Part shown: piece after piece, positions 1-9,685 of the stretch | Position numbering within the stretch: position 1 is the stretch's first letter | How the letters are laid out: each line of letters starts with the position of its first letter | NCBI GenBank assembly: GCA_023251805.1 | Contig: JAHEYB010000008.1 | Location: 2,633-66,632, forward strand | Source of the DNA: Bacteroidota bacterium | GTDB lineage: Bacteria; Bacteroidota; Bacteroidia; 2-12-FULL-35-15 | Direction: 5' to 3' | Length of the DNA stretch: 64,000 nt | Position numbers and translations under genes: made by a program | Notes under the pieces: model-generated | The model's database searches: none | What the model saw: only the letters and a program-made list of their open reading frames with translations | What the model was told of the DNA's origin: nothing

Positions 1-615
1 GTTGTTCTGCTAATTGCCGTTGCAATATTATATTACTTCCATTTTTCAAGTGGTTCAGCAAACACCGAAACTGCCCTTGCAACAGACTCTACAGCTGTTG
101 TAAAACCTGTTGTTTTAGCTCCTACGGACATAAAAGCTTCTAAAATTGTATTTGTGAATTTAGATGTTTTGAGTGATGGTTATCAATTTTTAAAAGATGT
201 AAGTGCATCTGCAGAAGCGGAACAAAACTCTTTGCAAAAACAATATCAATCAAAAGGAGAAAAACTTCAGCAAGATTATATGGATTTTCAGGAAAAGGCC
301 AACAAAGGATTATTGTCAGATAACCAGATTCAATCGGAGCAGGAAAAATTTGCAGTTCGTAAAGATGAACTGGACCAACTGCAATTAAAATCAGAAGCCC
401 TAGGAGAAAAAATTCAAGCGAGAACAGAAGAAGCACGAAAAAATCTGAGCGATTACATTGCAGAATACAACAAAACTGGAAATTACAACTACGTATTAAC
501 GTATAGCGAAGGTCCTTTGAGTCCGGTTTTACTTGCCGATCCTGCACTGGATATCACAAAAGATATTTTGGAGGGAATTAATGCACAATATTTAGCGAAG
601 AAGGGGAAAAAGTGA
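1..615 (+). CDS. OmpH/Skp-like periplasmic chaperone (5' end outside window)
   Basis: Frame 1 is open from base 1 and runs into track ORF 154..615, whose first M is an internal GTG. Hydrophobic segment VVLLIAVAILYYF is followed by a long Q/E/K-rich coiled coil typical of the OmpH family. Confidence 0.6.
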   Translation, partial: VVLLIAVAILYYFHFSSGSANTETALATDSTAVVKPVVLAPTDIKASKIVFVNLDVLSDGYQFLKDVSASAEAEQNSLQKQYQSKGEKLQQDYMDFQEKANKGLLSDNQIQSEQEKFAVRKDELDQLQLKSEALGEKIQARTEEARKNLSDYIAEYNKTGNYNYVLTYSEGPLSPVLLADPALDITKDILEGINAQYLAKKGKK

Positions 616-666
616 TGTGCAGATGTGCAGATGAAAATAATTAAAAATTACAAAAAAAATTCATAA

Positions 667-1080
667 ATGGAAACTAAAGAAACTGCTGGAACTTTGATTC
701 ATAAAATCAAGCATGTAGAAAAATTTCACGATACCTTTAAAATTGGAAACCGCTATACTCCTACTGCTGAAGTAGGAGAAAGCGAATACATGTTGCGTTA
801 CAATTTAATTAAAGAAGAGAACGAAGAATATTTGGAAGCTTGTAAAAATGGAGATTTAGTAGAGATTGCAGATGCTTTGGGTGATCAGTTATATATTTTA
901 TTTGGGACCGTTTTACGTCACGGCTTGCAGCATAAAATTGAAGAGGTTTTTGACGAAATTCAACGTAGCAATATGAGTAAGCTGGATGAAAACGGACAAC
1001 CAATTTTTAGAGAAGACGGAAAAATTTTGAAAGGCAATTTATATTTCAAACCCAATATAAAATCTATCTTGGAAAAATAA
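667..1080 (+). CDS. small all-alpha MazG-like nucleotide pyrophosphohydrolase family protein
   Basis: 137 aa. Acidic metal-binding pattern EENEEYLEA ... EIADALGD resembles MazG/HisE-type NTP-PPases. Confidence 0.5.
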   Translation: METKETAGTLIHKIKHVEKFHDTFKIGNRYTPTAEVGESEYMLRYNLIKEENEEYLEACKNGDLVEIADALGDQLYILFGTVLRHGLQHKIEEVFDEIQRSNMSKLDENGQPIFREDGKILKGNLYFKPNIKSILEK

Positions 1081-1083
1081 TTT

Positions 1084-1701
1084 TTAAGCAAATACTCTAT
1101 AAATCATTATCAAGCCGGAAATCATCAAAATTATTCCTGCTATTATACTTACAATCCTCAATACTTTTTCGCTTAAATAATTGCTAATTTTATTGGCTGA
1201 ATAGGCTTTTAAAACATCCGTAAAAAATACGGTTGAAAGTGAAACAATAAAAAACAGTAAAATGTGGATAAATGTGTATTCCTTATTAGAACTAACGGTT
1301 ACAACGCAAGCCATCCATAATCCAATTACTACAGGATTTAAAAGATTTAGGAAAAAGCCCTTTGTAATATACCAAGGAACACTCACCGCTTTCACCTCCA
1401 CATCTGCTTTTTCAACAGCTTTCCGTTGAAACACACTAAAAAAACCAAACGTTACCAAAACCGTTCCCCCTATCAATCCGATGTATAATTTATTTTGTGG
1501 ATTATCAAAAAACTGAGCGACTCCAAAATAAGCAAGTATCACACATAAAATATCACTTAAAAAAATTCCAAAGGCCAAACCCAATGCCGGTCTAAATCCC
1601 CGTTTAGTACTTGTTTGAATCAAAGCAAAAAATGAGGGTCCTAGGGACAATGCCAAAGCAAATCCCAATGCTAACCCCGACAAAATGGCTCTTATTATCA
1701 T
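1084..1701 (-). CDS. LysE/RhtB family amino-acid exporter
   Basis: 205 aa with about 6 hydrophobic helices. N-terminus (GLALGFALALSLGPSFFALIQTS..RGF) is typical of the LysE family. Confidence 0.7.
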   Translation of the reverse strand: MIIRAILSGLALGFALALSLGPSFFALIQTSTKRGFRPALGLAFGIFLSDILCVILAYFGVAQFFDNPQNKLYIGLIGGTVLVTFGFFSVFQRKAVEKADVEVKAVSVPWYITKGFFLNLLNPVVIGLWMACVVTVSSNKEYTFIHILLFFIVSLSTVFFTDVLKAYSANKISNYLSEKVLRIVSIIAGIILMISGLIMIYRVFA

Positions 1702-3233
1702 TCCTTATTTTTTATTTTCAAATAGGACTCCCATTCCAACTGCTGATTTTTTTTCAAAACTCTTGGGAATTTGTTGGATGCACCCAATTTCCCTTTTGTT
1801 TTCATATAGTCGTAAAACATACTACTGGGCAAAACATCTACGATAACATCTTTTAATGCAACTATCCTTTCTACTTTGTAATCATCATTCAATTCTTTTA
1901 GCGTTTCATCTATTCGATTGCGCAACACTTTTACATCTACTGCATCATCCGTTCCAATAAACCAATGATGCGCAAACATTGTATCGTAATTAATTCCGGC
2001 AACGGTAAATTCTTTTATATCAATATTCAACTCTGCCGAAACTAGTTCAATGGCACGATTCATATTATCCTGAGAAAGATGTTCGCCACACAAACTCAAA
2101 AAATGTTTTGTTCTTCCTGTAATAATAATTTCATCTTTTTCCAAAGACGTAAACTTAATCACATCGCCAATTAAATACCGCCAAGCACCCGAACAAGTTG
2201 ATATCAAAAGAGCATACTCTACTCCTTCTTTCACCTGATCAATGTGAAGCGTTTCCGGATTTTCAATAATATTGCTGTCTTCATCAAAATTTTTCTCATT
2301 AAAAGGAACAAATTCGTAAAACAAGCCATTGTCCAACATCATTTTCATTGACTCTGATTCTTGTCGTGTTTGAAAAGCTACATATCCTTCAGATGCTAAA
2401 TAAGTATCCATATATACAATCGGACGAGCCAACAATTTTTCAAACCCTTTTTTATAGGGTGCAAATGAAACGCCTCCATGGATGTATACATTTAAGTTGG
2501 GCCAAATATCATGAATTGTTTCTACCTGATAATCTGCAATTATTTTTTCAAATAAAATTTGAATCCAAGCCGGAACACCACAAATAATCCCAATGTCCCA
2601 ATCCCTCGCTTTTTTTGCAATCTCCTCCAATTTTGATTCCCAATTTCTTTCTCTTGCAATTTTTTTTCCGGGTTTATTATAACCTTGAACATAAAACGGA
2701 ATAGTACTGGTAGTAATTCCACTTAAATCGCCCTCATAATAAATTCCATTGTATTTTAAATCGGTGCTACCACCAACCATCAATACACCTCGTTCAAAAT
2801 GTTCTTTTGGCAAACCGCAATGAACTTGTGAAATCATTTGTCGCAAACTTACCTTCTGTATCACTTTAAGCATGTCGGTTGTAACCGGAATGTACTTGCT
2901 GGACGATTCGGATGTGCCGGAGCTGAGTGCAAAATATTTTATTTTGTTCGGCCAACAAACATTTGGTTCTCCATCTCTTGTTCGATGCCACCAGCTCTTA
3001 AATATTGAATTATAATCGTGTGTTTTTACTGTTTTTTGAAATGCGGTAATCACATCCGGTTCACCTAAAATTTTTGAAAAGTTGTAATGCTCCCCAAAAG
3101 CAGTAAACTCTGCCTTGGAAAGTAATTTTTTTAAGACCTTCGTTTGTTGCTTATACCCGTCTTTCTTTCGAATTTTAGGTAATCGCTCTCTTAATTCAAA
3201 CGACCGCTTAATAACCGACCCAATGATTGCCAT
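1698..3233 (-). CDS. GH3 (auxin-responsive GH3-like) adenylate-forming acyl-acid amido synthetase family protein
   Basis: 511 aa. SSGTSESSSKYIPVT matches the GH3 SSGTT..K.IP nucleotide-binding motif. Stop overlaps the LysE start as ATGA. Confidence 0.75.
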   Translation of the reverse strand: MAIIGSVIKRSFELRERLPKIRKKDGYKQQTKVLKKLLSKAEFTAFGEHYNFSKILGEPDVITAFQKTVKTHDYNSIFKSWWHRTRDGEPNVCWPNKIKYFALSSGTSESSSKYIPVTTDMLKVIQKVSLRQMISQVHCGLPKEHFERGVLMVGGSTDLKYNGIYYEGDLSGITTSTIPFYVQGYNKPGKKIARERNWESKLEEIAKKARDWDIGIICGVPAWIQILFEKIIADYQVETIHDIWPNLNVYIHGGVSFAPYKKGFEKLLARPIVYMDTYLASEGYVAFQTRQESESMKMMLDNGLFYEFVPFNEKNFDEDSNIIENPETLHIDQVKEGVEYALLISTCSGAWRYLIGDVIKFTSLEKDEIIITGRTKHFLSLCGEHLSQDNMNRAIELVSAELNIDIKEFTVAGINYDTMFAHHWFIGTDDAVDVKVLRNRIDETLKELNDDYKVERIVALKDVIVDVLPSSMFYDYMKTKGKLGASNKFPRVLKKNQQLEWESYLKIKNKE

Positions 3234-3546
3234 CCTTTGAAATAATTATTAATAATTTTTACTAAAATAGCAATTTAAAACAAAATTTCATCATTTTTAG
3301 CAAGTAAAAGACTAGGGTACTATCAAATAATTTTAAACACATAGCTATACATACAAATGAAAGGGGAAAGTCGAAAAATAAATTATCATAGAAAAATAAA
3401 TTTTTAACATAGAACTATATCGAGCGATAAACGCCTATGTTATTGAAGTTTACTTCAATCCTATGAAAAACAAACACACAGCATAACCTTTTTTAAAAAT
3501 AACAAAAGTCTATGTTTCTATGTGTTAAAAAACACACTTCTATTTT

Positions 3547-4335
3547 ATGAAAATATTAGCAATACTTCTTTTTTCTCTTACAATACATCTCTCTAAGGCA
3601 CAAGATTGTCCCCACAAAAACGCTCATGCACATAATGACTATAAGCACAAGCATCCTTTGTCGGATGCACTCAATCATAAATTCAACAGCATAGAAGCTG
3701 ATGTATTTTTAATTCATAACAAACTTATTGTATCACACGTTCACCCTTTATTTAAAAAACAAAACACGCTGGAGAAACTTTATTTAAAACCTTTATTAGA
3801 TAGCTGCAAAAAAAATAATGGATATGTATACCCTAACTGCACGCAATCACTAACTCTGCTGATTGATATAAAATCCGATGCAGAAGCAACTTATATTGAA
3901 TTAAAAAAAAGTTTTGAAAAATACCAATCCATACTCAGCCGATATGAGAACGGCAAAGTCGTCATCAAAGCAGTAACTATTATTCTGTCGGGTAACAACC
4001 CTTATGAAGCGGTTCAACGCGACTCCATTCATTATGCATTTATTGATCAAAGTTTATTAAGTCTCGACAAACCGATTCCAAAATCAATCTGTTCATTGGC
4101 AAGCACACGCTATTCCAATGTATTGACTTGGAAAGGGAAAGGGGAAATTCCAAAAGAAGAAAAAGAAAACTTAATACGCCTGGTTAATCAGGCCCACCAG
4201 CAAGGAAAAATTGTGCGACTATGGGCTTCTCCTGAAAACAAAGTAGTATGGACTGAATTATTGAATTGTCGAGTAGACTTAATCAATACAGATAAATTGG
4301 AAGAATTGAATACTTTTTTGAAAGAACGAAAATAA
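3547..4335 (+). CDS. secreted PI-PLC X-domain / GDPD-like phosphodiesterase superfamily protein
   Basis: Signal peptide MKILAILLFSLTIHLSKAQ. HAHNDY ... SIEADVFL pattern resembles PLC-like phosphodiesterases. Confidence 0.45.
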   Translation: MKILAILLFSLTIHLSKAQDCPHKNAHAHNDYKHKHPLSDALNHKFNSIEADVFLIHNKLIVSHVHPLFKKQNTLEKLYLKPLLDSCKKNNGYVYPNCTQSLTLLIDIKSDAEATYIELKKSFEKYQSILSRYENGKVVIKAVTIILSGNNPYEAVQRDSIHYAFIDQSLLSLDKPIPKSICSLASTRYSNVLTWKGKGEIPKEEKENLIRLVNQAHQQGKIVRLWASPENKVVWTELLNCRVDLINTDKLEELNTFLKERK

Positions 4336-4337
4336 TT

Positions 4338-5201
4338 TTATTTTCCTTCCACTATTATTTCTCTGAGCGCTTTTACCTTGGAATGTATGGCGATAAGCTG
4401 TTTTTCATTCATTGTATTATCCGAAGTAATGGTATTGTATTCAGAAGTAATAATTTTCAATTCATTTATTACTCCTTCTATAAAATCATCTTTTTTATAC
4501 TCCTCCAATAATTTAATGACAATCAACAAACTTTGTTTTTGCTCAAAAATAGTTTTATACAACGATGCATTATCAGCCGTTTTGGGAGCATCTAAAAATG
4601 TTTTTGTTGAGATGTAAAGTCCTTCCAGCCAACTTCCTGTTACAACCAGTGCAGCCATTCCAACTCTATCATCCTTTTTTAATGCTCGGTCCACTTGATT
4701 ATAAGAATCATAAACAATTTTAGTCAAGGAGTCTTTATTGTCTTTGTACTTCGAATATTTATCCATCATTGTTTGATCGAACGCATACGGAATATTTAAT
4801 TCTTCGGCCAAGCGTTTGGTATTTTTAACATAAGCACCCATCTTCTGAAATTCTTCATACGTAACAGAGTATGATAAATCGGCACCGTAAATTCCTAGGT
4901 TGATCGCTTTTGAATAATACATGTTGTATTTCGAAATATTTGAAACCTCATTCATAGCCTTTTCATTGTAAGCTACTTTTTTCAAATAAAGATTATCGAG
5001 AATCTCAAAAGGAAAAGGAATATCACTTATTACCATTTCGTAATTGGTTGTGGCTACTACTTCCGATTTATTTTCTAATAAGGAGATAGAATCGGTAGAA
5101 CTCAGAACCGTTTCTTTAACTACGTTGGTATCACTACTGCAAGCAGCAATAAGCAGGATGGAGAAAAATACAGATGAACTTAGAAGCGCTTTTCTATTCA
5201 T
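4338..5201 (-). CDS. hypothetical lipoprotein
   Basis: 287 aa. Lipobox LLIAAC followed by SSD. No recognisable catalytic motif. Confidence 0.6.
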   Translation of the reverse strand: MNRKALLSSSVFFSILLIAACSSDTNVVKETVLSSTDSISLLENKSEVVATTNYEMVISDIPFPFEILDNLYLKKVAYNEKAMNEVSNISKYNMYYSKAINLGIYGADLSYSVTYEEFQKMGAYVKNTKRLAEELNIPYAFDQTMMDKYSKYKDNKDSLTKIVYDSYNQVDRALKKDDRVGMAALVVTGSWLEGLYISTKTFLDAPKTADNASLYKTIFEQKQSLLIVIKLLEEYKKDDFIEGVINELKIITSEYNTITSDNTMNEKQLIAIHSKVKALREIIVEGK

Positions 5202-5261
5202 AAATACTGATTTTCAACTCCTTGTTACGAAAAAGAAAGCAGAAAGTTCCAAAAACTTAAA

Positions 5262-5285
5262 AATAAAAAAAGGGCTCTCGCCCTT
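5262..5285 (-). terminator. Rho-independent terminator downstream of the M42 peptidase gene
   Basis: On the minus strand, AAGGGC-GAGA-GCCCTT hairpin followed by a T run (plus strand reads aaaaaaagggctctcgccctt). Confidence 0.6.
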
Positions 5286-5291
5286 CTTACC

Positions 5292-6410
5292 TTATTTTTT
5301 ATTATACTTAAAATCGTGGTTATTTTTTATTGATTTTAAGGATTCGTAAATGAGCTTAATCACGTTCTCCACGTCCTCTTTGTGAACACTTTCAACGGTT
5401 GTATGCATATAACGAAGTGGCAAAGAAATCAAAGCCGAAGGCACTCCCCCAACCGAATAAGCAAAAGCATCCGTATCTGTTCCCGTAGCTCGGGAAGCCG
5501 CTGCACGCTGAAAAGGAATCTTCTTTTTGGCAGCCGCATCAATAATTAGTTTCAACAAATTATTTTGAACAGCAGGACCATAAGTTAAAACCGGACCTTT
5601 TCCACAAGCCAAATCACCACTAGTTACTTTACTCATCATTGGTGATTGAGTATCGTGACAAACATCGGTAATAATGGCAACATTGGGTTTGATGGTTTGA
5701 GTAATCATTTCGGCACCTCTTAACCCTACTTCTTCCTGAACAGAATTGGTAAAATACAATCCAAAAGGCAATTTTGTTTTGCTTTCTTTTAGTAATCGAG
5801 CCACTTCAGCAATCATAAATCCGCCTACCCGATTATCCAAAGCCCTACCAACATAATAGCGATTGTTCAAGACCATAAATTCGTCTTCGTAAGTAACCAC
5901 ACAACCCACATGCACTCCCAAGGCTTCCACTTCTTTTTTGGTAGCGCAACCACAATCCAAGAAAATATTTTTCAAAGATGGCGGCTCATCCCGGGCAACA
6001 TCACGCACATGTATTGCAGGCCATCCGAAAACAGCTTTTACAATTCCTTTGTCGGTGTGTATGTTCACGCGCTTAGACGGAGCAATCATATGATCACTTC
6101 CACCATTTCTTCTTAAATAAATAAAACCATCGGTAGTAATATAATGCACAAACCAGGAAATTTCATCAGCATGTGCTTCCACTACAACTTTAAATGTAGC
6201 TTTCGGATTAATTACTGCCACAGCTGTTCCATAATTATCCGTAAAATAATCATCGGTATACGGTTGAATATAATCCAGCCACAATTTTTGCCCTTCACTT
6301 TCAAAACCCGTTGGAGAAGGGTTATTTAAATATGCTTTCAAAAATGCAAGTGATTTCGCATTTAAAATTGATTTTGATGTTTTTGGTTTTGGAGATGCTT
6401 TTTTTGCCAT
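5292..6410 (-). CDS. M42 family metallopeptidase (glutamyl aminopeptidase / FrvX-like)
   Basis: 372 aa. Overall M42-like sequence (VVEAHADEI, GRALDNRVG, VQEEVGLRGA). Confidence 0.8.
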   Translation of the reverse strand: MAKKASPKPKTSKSILNAKSLAFLKAYLNNPSPTGFESEGQKLWLDYIQPYTDDYFTDNYGTAVAVINPKATFKVVVEAHADEISWFVHYITTDGFIYLRRNGGSDHMIAPSKRVNIHTDKGIVKAVFGWPAIHVRDVARDEPPSLKNIFLDCGCATKKEVEALGVHVGCVVTYEDEFMVLNNRYYVGRALDNRVGGFMIAEVARLLKESKTKLPFGLYFTNSVQEEVGLRGAEMITQTIKPNVAIITDVCHDTQSPMMSKVTSGDLACGKGPVLTYGPAVQNNLLKLIIDAAAKKKIPFQRAAASRATGTDTDAFAYSVGGVPSALISLPLRYMHTTVESVHKEDVENVIKLIYESLKSIKNNHDFKYNKK

Positions 6411-6562
6411 TGTTTTAGTTCATTTGTTCATTGGTGGACTAGTATGCAGTCTGCGTACTGTTTATATTTTGTGTGTTACCCTGTTTTTCTTTTTTCAGTG
6501 TGCCGACACAAAGGACTTTTTTAGTAAAGCATTTTATTTTCTTTCTTTTGACTTTCTCTCTT

Positions 6563-8407
6563 TTAACTTTTGACTTTCTTAGCAACCCAATTATTCACCA
6601 TTTCCTCCAAAATATCCATCGGCACTGGTCCAGATGTTAAAATAACATCGTGAAATTCGCGAATATCAAACTTATCTCCTAATTTCTTTTTAGAAATTTC
6701 ACGAAGCTCTAAAATTTTGTTCATTCCAATTTTATATCCGGTAGCCTGAGAAGGCCATACAATATAGCGTTCGATTTCTTTTTTATTATCACCTTCGGGA
6801 TTGGGCGTATTTTCTTTAAAATAATCCAAAGCTTTTTGTCGTGTCCATTTTTTGCGATGAATACCTGTGTCTACAACCAAGCGGGCTGCTCTAAATAATT
6901 CCATAGCCAGTCTGCCAAAATCAGAATACGGATCTTGATAAAAACCGATTTCTTTTGGAACCAGTTCTGAATAGAGAGCCCAACCTTCTATATATGCAGT
7001 ATTACCACCATGCATTCTAAATTTAGGAATACCTTTCAGCTCTTGTGCAATGGCAATTTGCATGTGATGCCCCGGAATACCTTCGTGGTAAGCCAAAGCC
7101 TCCATTTGATAAATGGCTTGGTCTTCCATATTGTAAAGATTAATGTAATATCTACCCGGACGAGAACCATCGGTGGCAGGATCTTCATAAAAAGCTCCTC
7201 CAGCTGATTTTTCCCTAAAAGCTTCAACCGGTTTTACAACTATATCGGCTTTGGGTTTTGTCAAAAACAATTTATCCAATTCCTTTTTCATATCATCAAT
7301 AATTTTCACAGCTTTTACACGATACATCTCTTTACCTGCTGCATCGTTGGCATAAAAAAATTGTTTATCTACACGCATAAAATCAAAAAACTCTTGTAAA
7401 TTATCGCTTTTAAAATTTACTTTTTTCATGATTTTACGCATTTCATTGTGAATGCGCTCTACTTCTTTTAAACCAATTTCATGAATTTCATCTGCCGTTA
7501 AATTCGTGGTAGTAGTTTGCCTCAAAGCAAAATCATAATAGGCATCTCCATTAGGAACTTTCCAAATACCATCTTCAGTACTTGCTTTTTTCTCCAAACC
7601 AGTTAAATATTCTGACAACTTATCATAGGCAGGTTTCACAGAAGATACAAGTGCTTCAGACGCTTTTGTTATCAATGATTTTTTTTCTTCCTCGGTACAT
7701 TCTTTTATAGCATTTACCTTTTTGCTAAAGTCTTCCATCAGTGGATTAATGCTTCCCGATTTATCATAGGGTATTCCGCTAGTCATATTTTTACAGTCGT
7801 TCAAGACATAGGGAAAAACAAATTTGGGTGGGATAATATTTTTTGCCTCACGAAGTCTTAAATTGTCGACCAACTGAGCAAACAACTTATCCATTCCAAT
7901 TAATCTGGAAATGTAGGCTTCAGCATCCGATTTGGTTTCTACCAGATGAACGTTTATCAAAAAAGTGGGAACATCGGTATGCAATCCCCCCATTTGATTT
8001 ACAGGATAGTCGTACAAATGCCACTGATAATTTTCGATGGCATCCTTGCAGGCTTTTTCAAATAAACGATAACTGATTTTAGTTTGGTCGTCCAATGCTT
8101 CCATCTTAAAATTGGCATGAAGAGAATCCAAATTTGCTTTTGAAATTTCCAGTTCTTTCTCCACATTACTTTCACTAATATCCTGCCATTTACCATAATC
8201 CTTTTTTATCCCAAAAACAGATTGTTGCATAGGGTCTCTATCAATTTTAGCATCAAAAACCTTATCAAAAAAATCGTTTGCTTTTTTACTTTCCATAGCA
8301 ATATCATCAGCCGAATAAGCCTTTCCATCGGCAGCTTCCTGTTGATTAGAACCGCAATTAGAAAACAATAGTGCCAGCAGAATAAAACTAAAAAATATTT
8401 TTTTCAT
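6563..8407 (-). CDS. DUF885 family protein (putative metalloprotease-like lipoprotein)
   Basis: 614 aa. Lipobox LFSNC. The signature HEGIPGHH is typical of DUF885. Confidence 0.8.
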   Translation of the reverse strand: MKKIFFSFILLALLFSNCGSNQQEAADGKAYSADDIAMESKKANDFFDKVFDAKIDRDPMQQSVFGIKKDYGKWQDISESNVEKELEISKANLDSLHANFKMEALDDQTKISYRLFEKACKDAIENYQWHLYDYPVNQMGGLHTDVPTFLINVHLVETKSDAEAYISRLIGMDKLFAQLVDNLRLREAKNIIPPKFVFPYVLNDCKNMTSGIPYDKSGSINPLMEDFSKKVNAIKECTEEEKKSLITKASEALVSSVKPAYDKLSEYLTGLEKKASTEDGIWKVPNGDAYYDFALRQTTTTNLTADEIHEIGLKEVERIHNEMRKIMKKVNFKSDNLQEFFDFMRVDKQFFYANDAAGKEMYRVKAVKIIDDMKKELDKLFLTKPKADIVVKPVEAFREKSAGGAFYEDPATDGSRPGRYYINLYNMEDQAIYQMEALAYHEGIPGHHMQIAIAQELKGIPKFRMHGGNTAYIEGWALYSELVPKEIGFYQDPYSDFGRLAMELFRAARLVVDTGIHRKKWTRQKALDYFKENTPNPEGDNKKEIERYIVWPSQATGYKIGMNKILELREISKKKLGDKFDIREFHDVILTSGPVPMDILEEMVNNWVAKKVKS

Positions 8408-8558
8408 GTTACTTTTATATTCATTAATGGTAACAAACTTAACTATTTTGTTTGGTTTTCAGAAAAATCTACTTTTCAAGCAATTTTTGGCAAAATATCA
8501 GGCTTTTTTAATATTAAAAAATCTTGCTATATTTATCGTATCTAAAAAAACGACACAA

Positions 8559-9620
8559 ATGAAGATGAAGAAATTACTACTAGTGGTATTTTGCTCAGTT
8601 GCTATTCATGGTTTGACAACTGCTCAAACTGATAGCATTATAAAAGCAAAAGTATTGGATGATGGCTCACAAGATGCCGAAAAATTTTATAACAGTGGCA
8701 TTGCAAATTTTGCAAATAAAAATTTCAGTGGTGCCTTAAACGATTTTAATCAAGCCATTGCCTTAAAACCTGATTTCGAAAGAGCCATTTATAACAGAGG
8801 AACTACCAAATTCGAAATGAAAGATTTTAATGGTGCAATTGCCGATTTCGATAAAGCACTTACTATCAATCAAACCGGAGATAGTTATTTTAGTCGCGGT
8901 CAAGCAAAATATGCTTTGGGTAATAAAGACGGAGCAATTGCAGATTACACTAAAACCGTTGAAATAAAAGTTGATTATGCGCAAGCATATTATTACAGGG
9001 GAGGAATAAAATTTGAAAATGCCGATTACAAAGGAGCCATTGAAGATTTTACAAAAGCAATCACTATTAAGCCTGATTATGCGTATGCTTATAACGACAG
9101 AGGAAGCGCAAAACGTCAGATGGACGATTTAAAAGGTGCCATTTCCGATTATAATAAAGCATTGGTAGCAAATTCTGAAATGGCTTTCACGCACAACAAT
9201 CTTGGAAGTGCAAAACGCAAACAAGGTGATTTTAAAGGAGCCATTACTGATTACACAGAAGCAATCAATCAGAAAAAAGATTACTATGTGGCTTACAACA
9301 ATCGCGGAAGTGCAAAACTAGACAATGGTGATTTTCAAGGAGCGATTGATGATTTTTCAAAAGCTATTCAACTGAAATCAGACTATTCCTATGCTTTTAA
9401 TAACCGCGCATTTGCAAAGTATAAGTTGAAAGATTATAAGGGAAGTGTTGAAGATTGCACAAAAGCAATTCAACTCAACGCCTCTTATGGTTATGCATAT
9501 TTAAATAGAGGTATCGCAAAAGAAATGCTAAGGGATAATGCCGGTGCTTGTACCGATTGGAAAAAAGCTGCTGAACTTGGTGTAGAATCTGCAAGAAATT
9601 ATTCAGGAGACTGCAAATAA
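8559..9620 (+). CDS. tetratricopeptide (TPR) repeat protein, secreted
   Basis: Start moved to MKMKKLLLVVF (signal peptide); the track's 8406 start adds a non-signal leader. Very regular 34-aa repeats (GAI.D[FY].KAI...PDYAYAYNNRG.AK). Confidence 0.85.
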   Translation: MKMKKLLLVVFCSVAIHGLTTAQTDSIIKAKVLDDGSQDAEKFYNSGIANFANKNFSGALNDFNQAIALKPDFERAIYNRGTTKFEMKDFNGAIADFDKALTINQTGDSYFSRGQAKYALGNKDGAIADYTKTVEIKVDYAQAYYYRGGIKFENADYKGAIEDFTKAITIKPDYAYAYNDRGSAKRQMDDLKGAISDYNKALVANSEMAFTHNNLGSAKRKQGDFKGAITDYTEAINQKKDYYVAYNNRGSAKLDNGDFQGAIDDFSKAIQLKSDYSYAFNNRAFAKYKLKDYKGSVEDCTKAIQLNASYGYAYLNRGIAKEMLRDNAGACTDWKKAAELGVESARNYSGDCK

Positions 9621-9627
9621 CCATCGA

Positions 9628-9683
9628 ACCTGCCTACCGGCAGGCAGGTTACGAATTTATACGAATTTACGAATTACGAAAAA
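9628..9683. repeat. GC-rich palindrome plus short tandem repeat
   Basis: ACCTGCC-taccggca-GGCAGGT palindrome, followed by three tandem copies of acgaattta-like units. Confidence 0.6.
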
Positions 9684-9685
9684 AG

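Noticed and set aside
140-547. 135-aa minus-strand ORF antisense to the OmpH-like gene
   Set aside because: It lies entirely inside a better-supported plus-strand gene. It has low-complexity, stop-poor AT-rich composition and no motif.
8406-8558. 5' extensions of track ORFs (8406, 26790, 30250, 38626, 52120, 53340)
   Set aside because: Each has an internal ATG followed by a canonical signal peptide. The upstream parts overlap promoters or repeat words, or use GTG/TTG starts, so the shorter starts are preferred.
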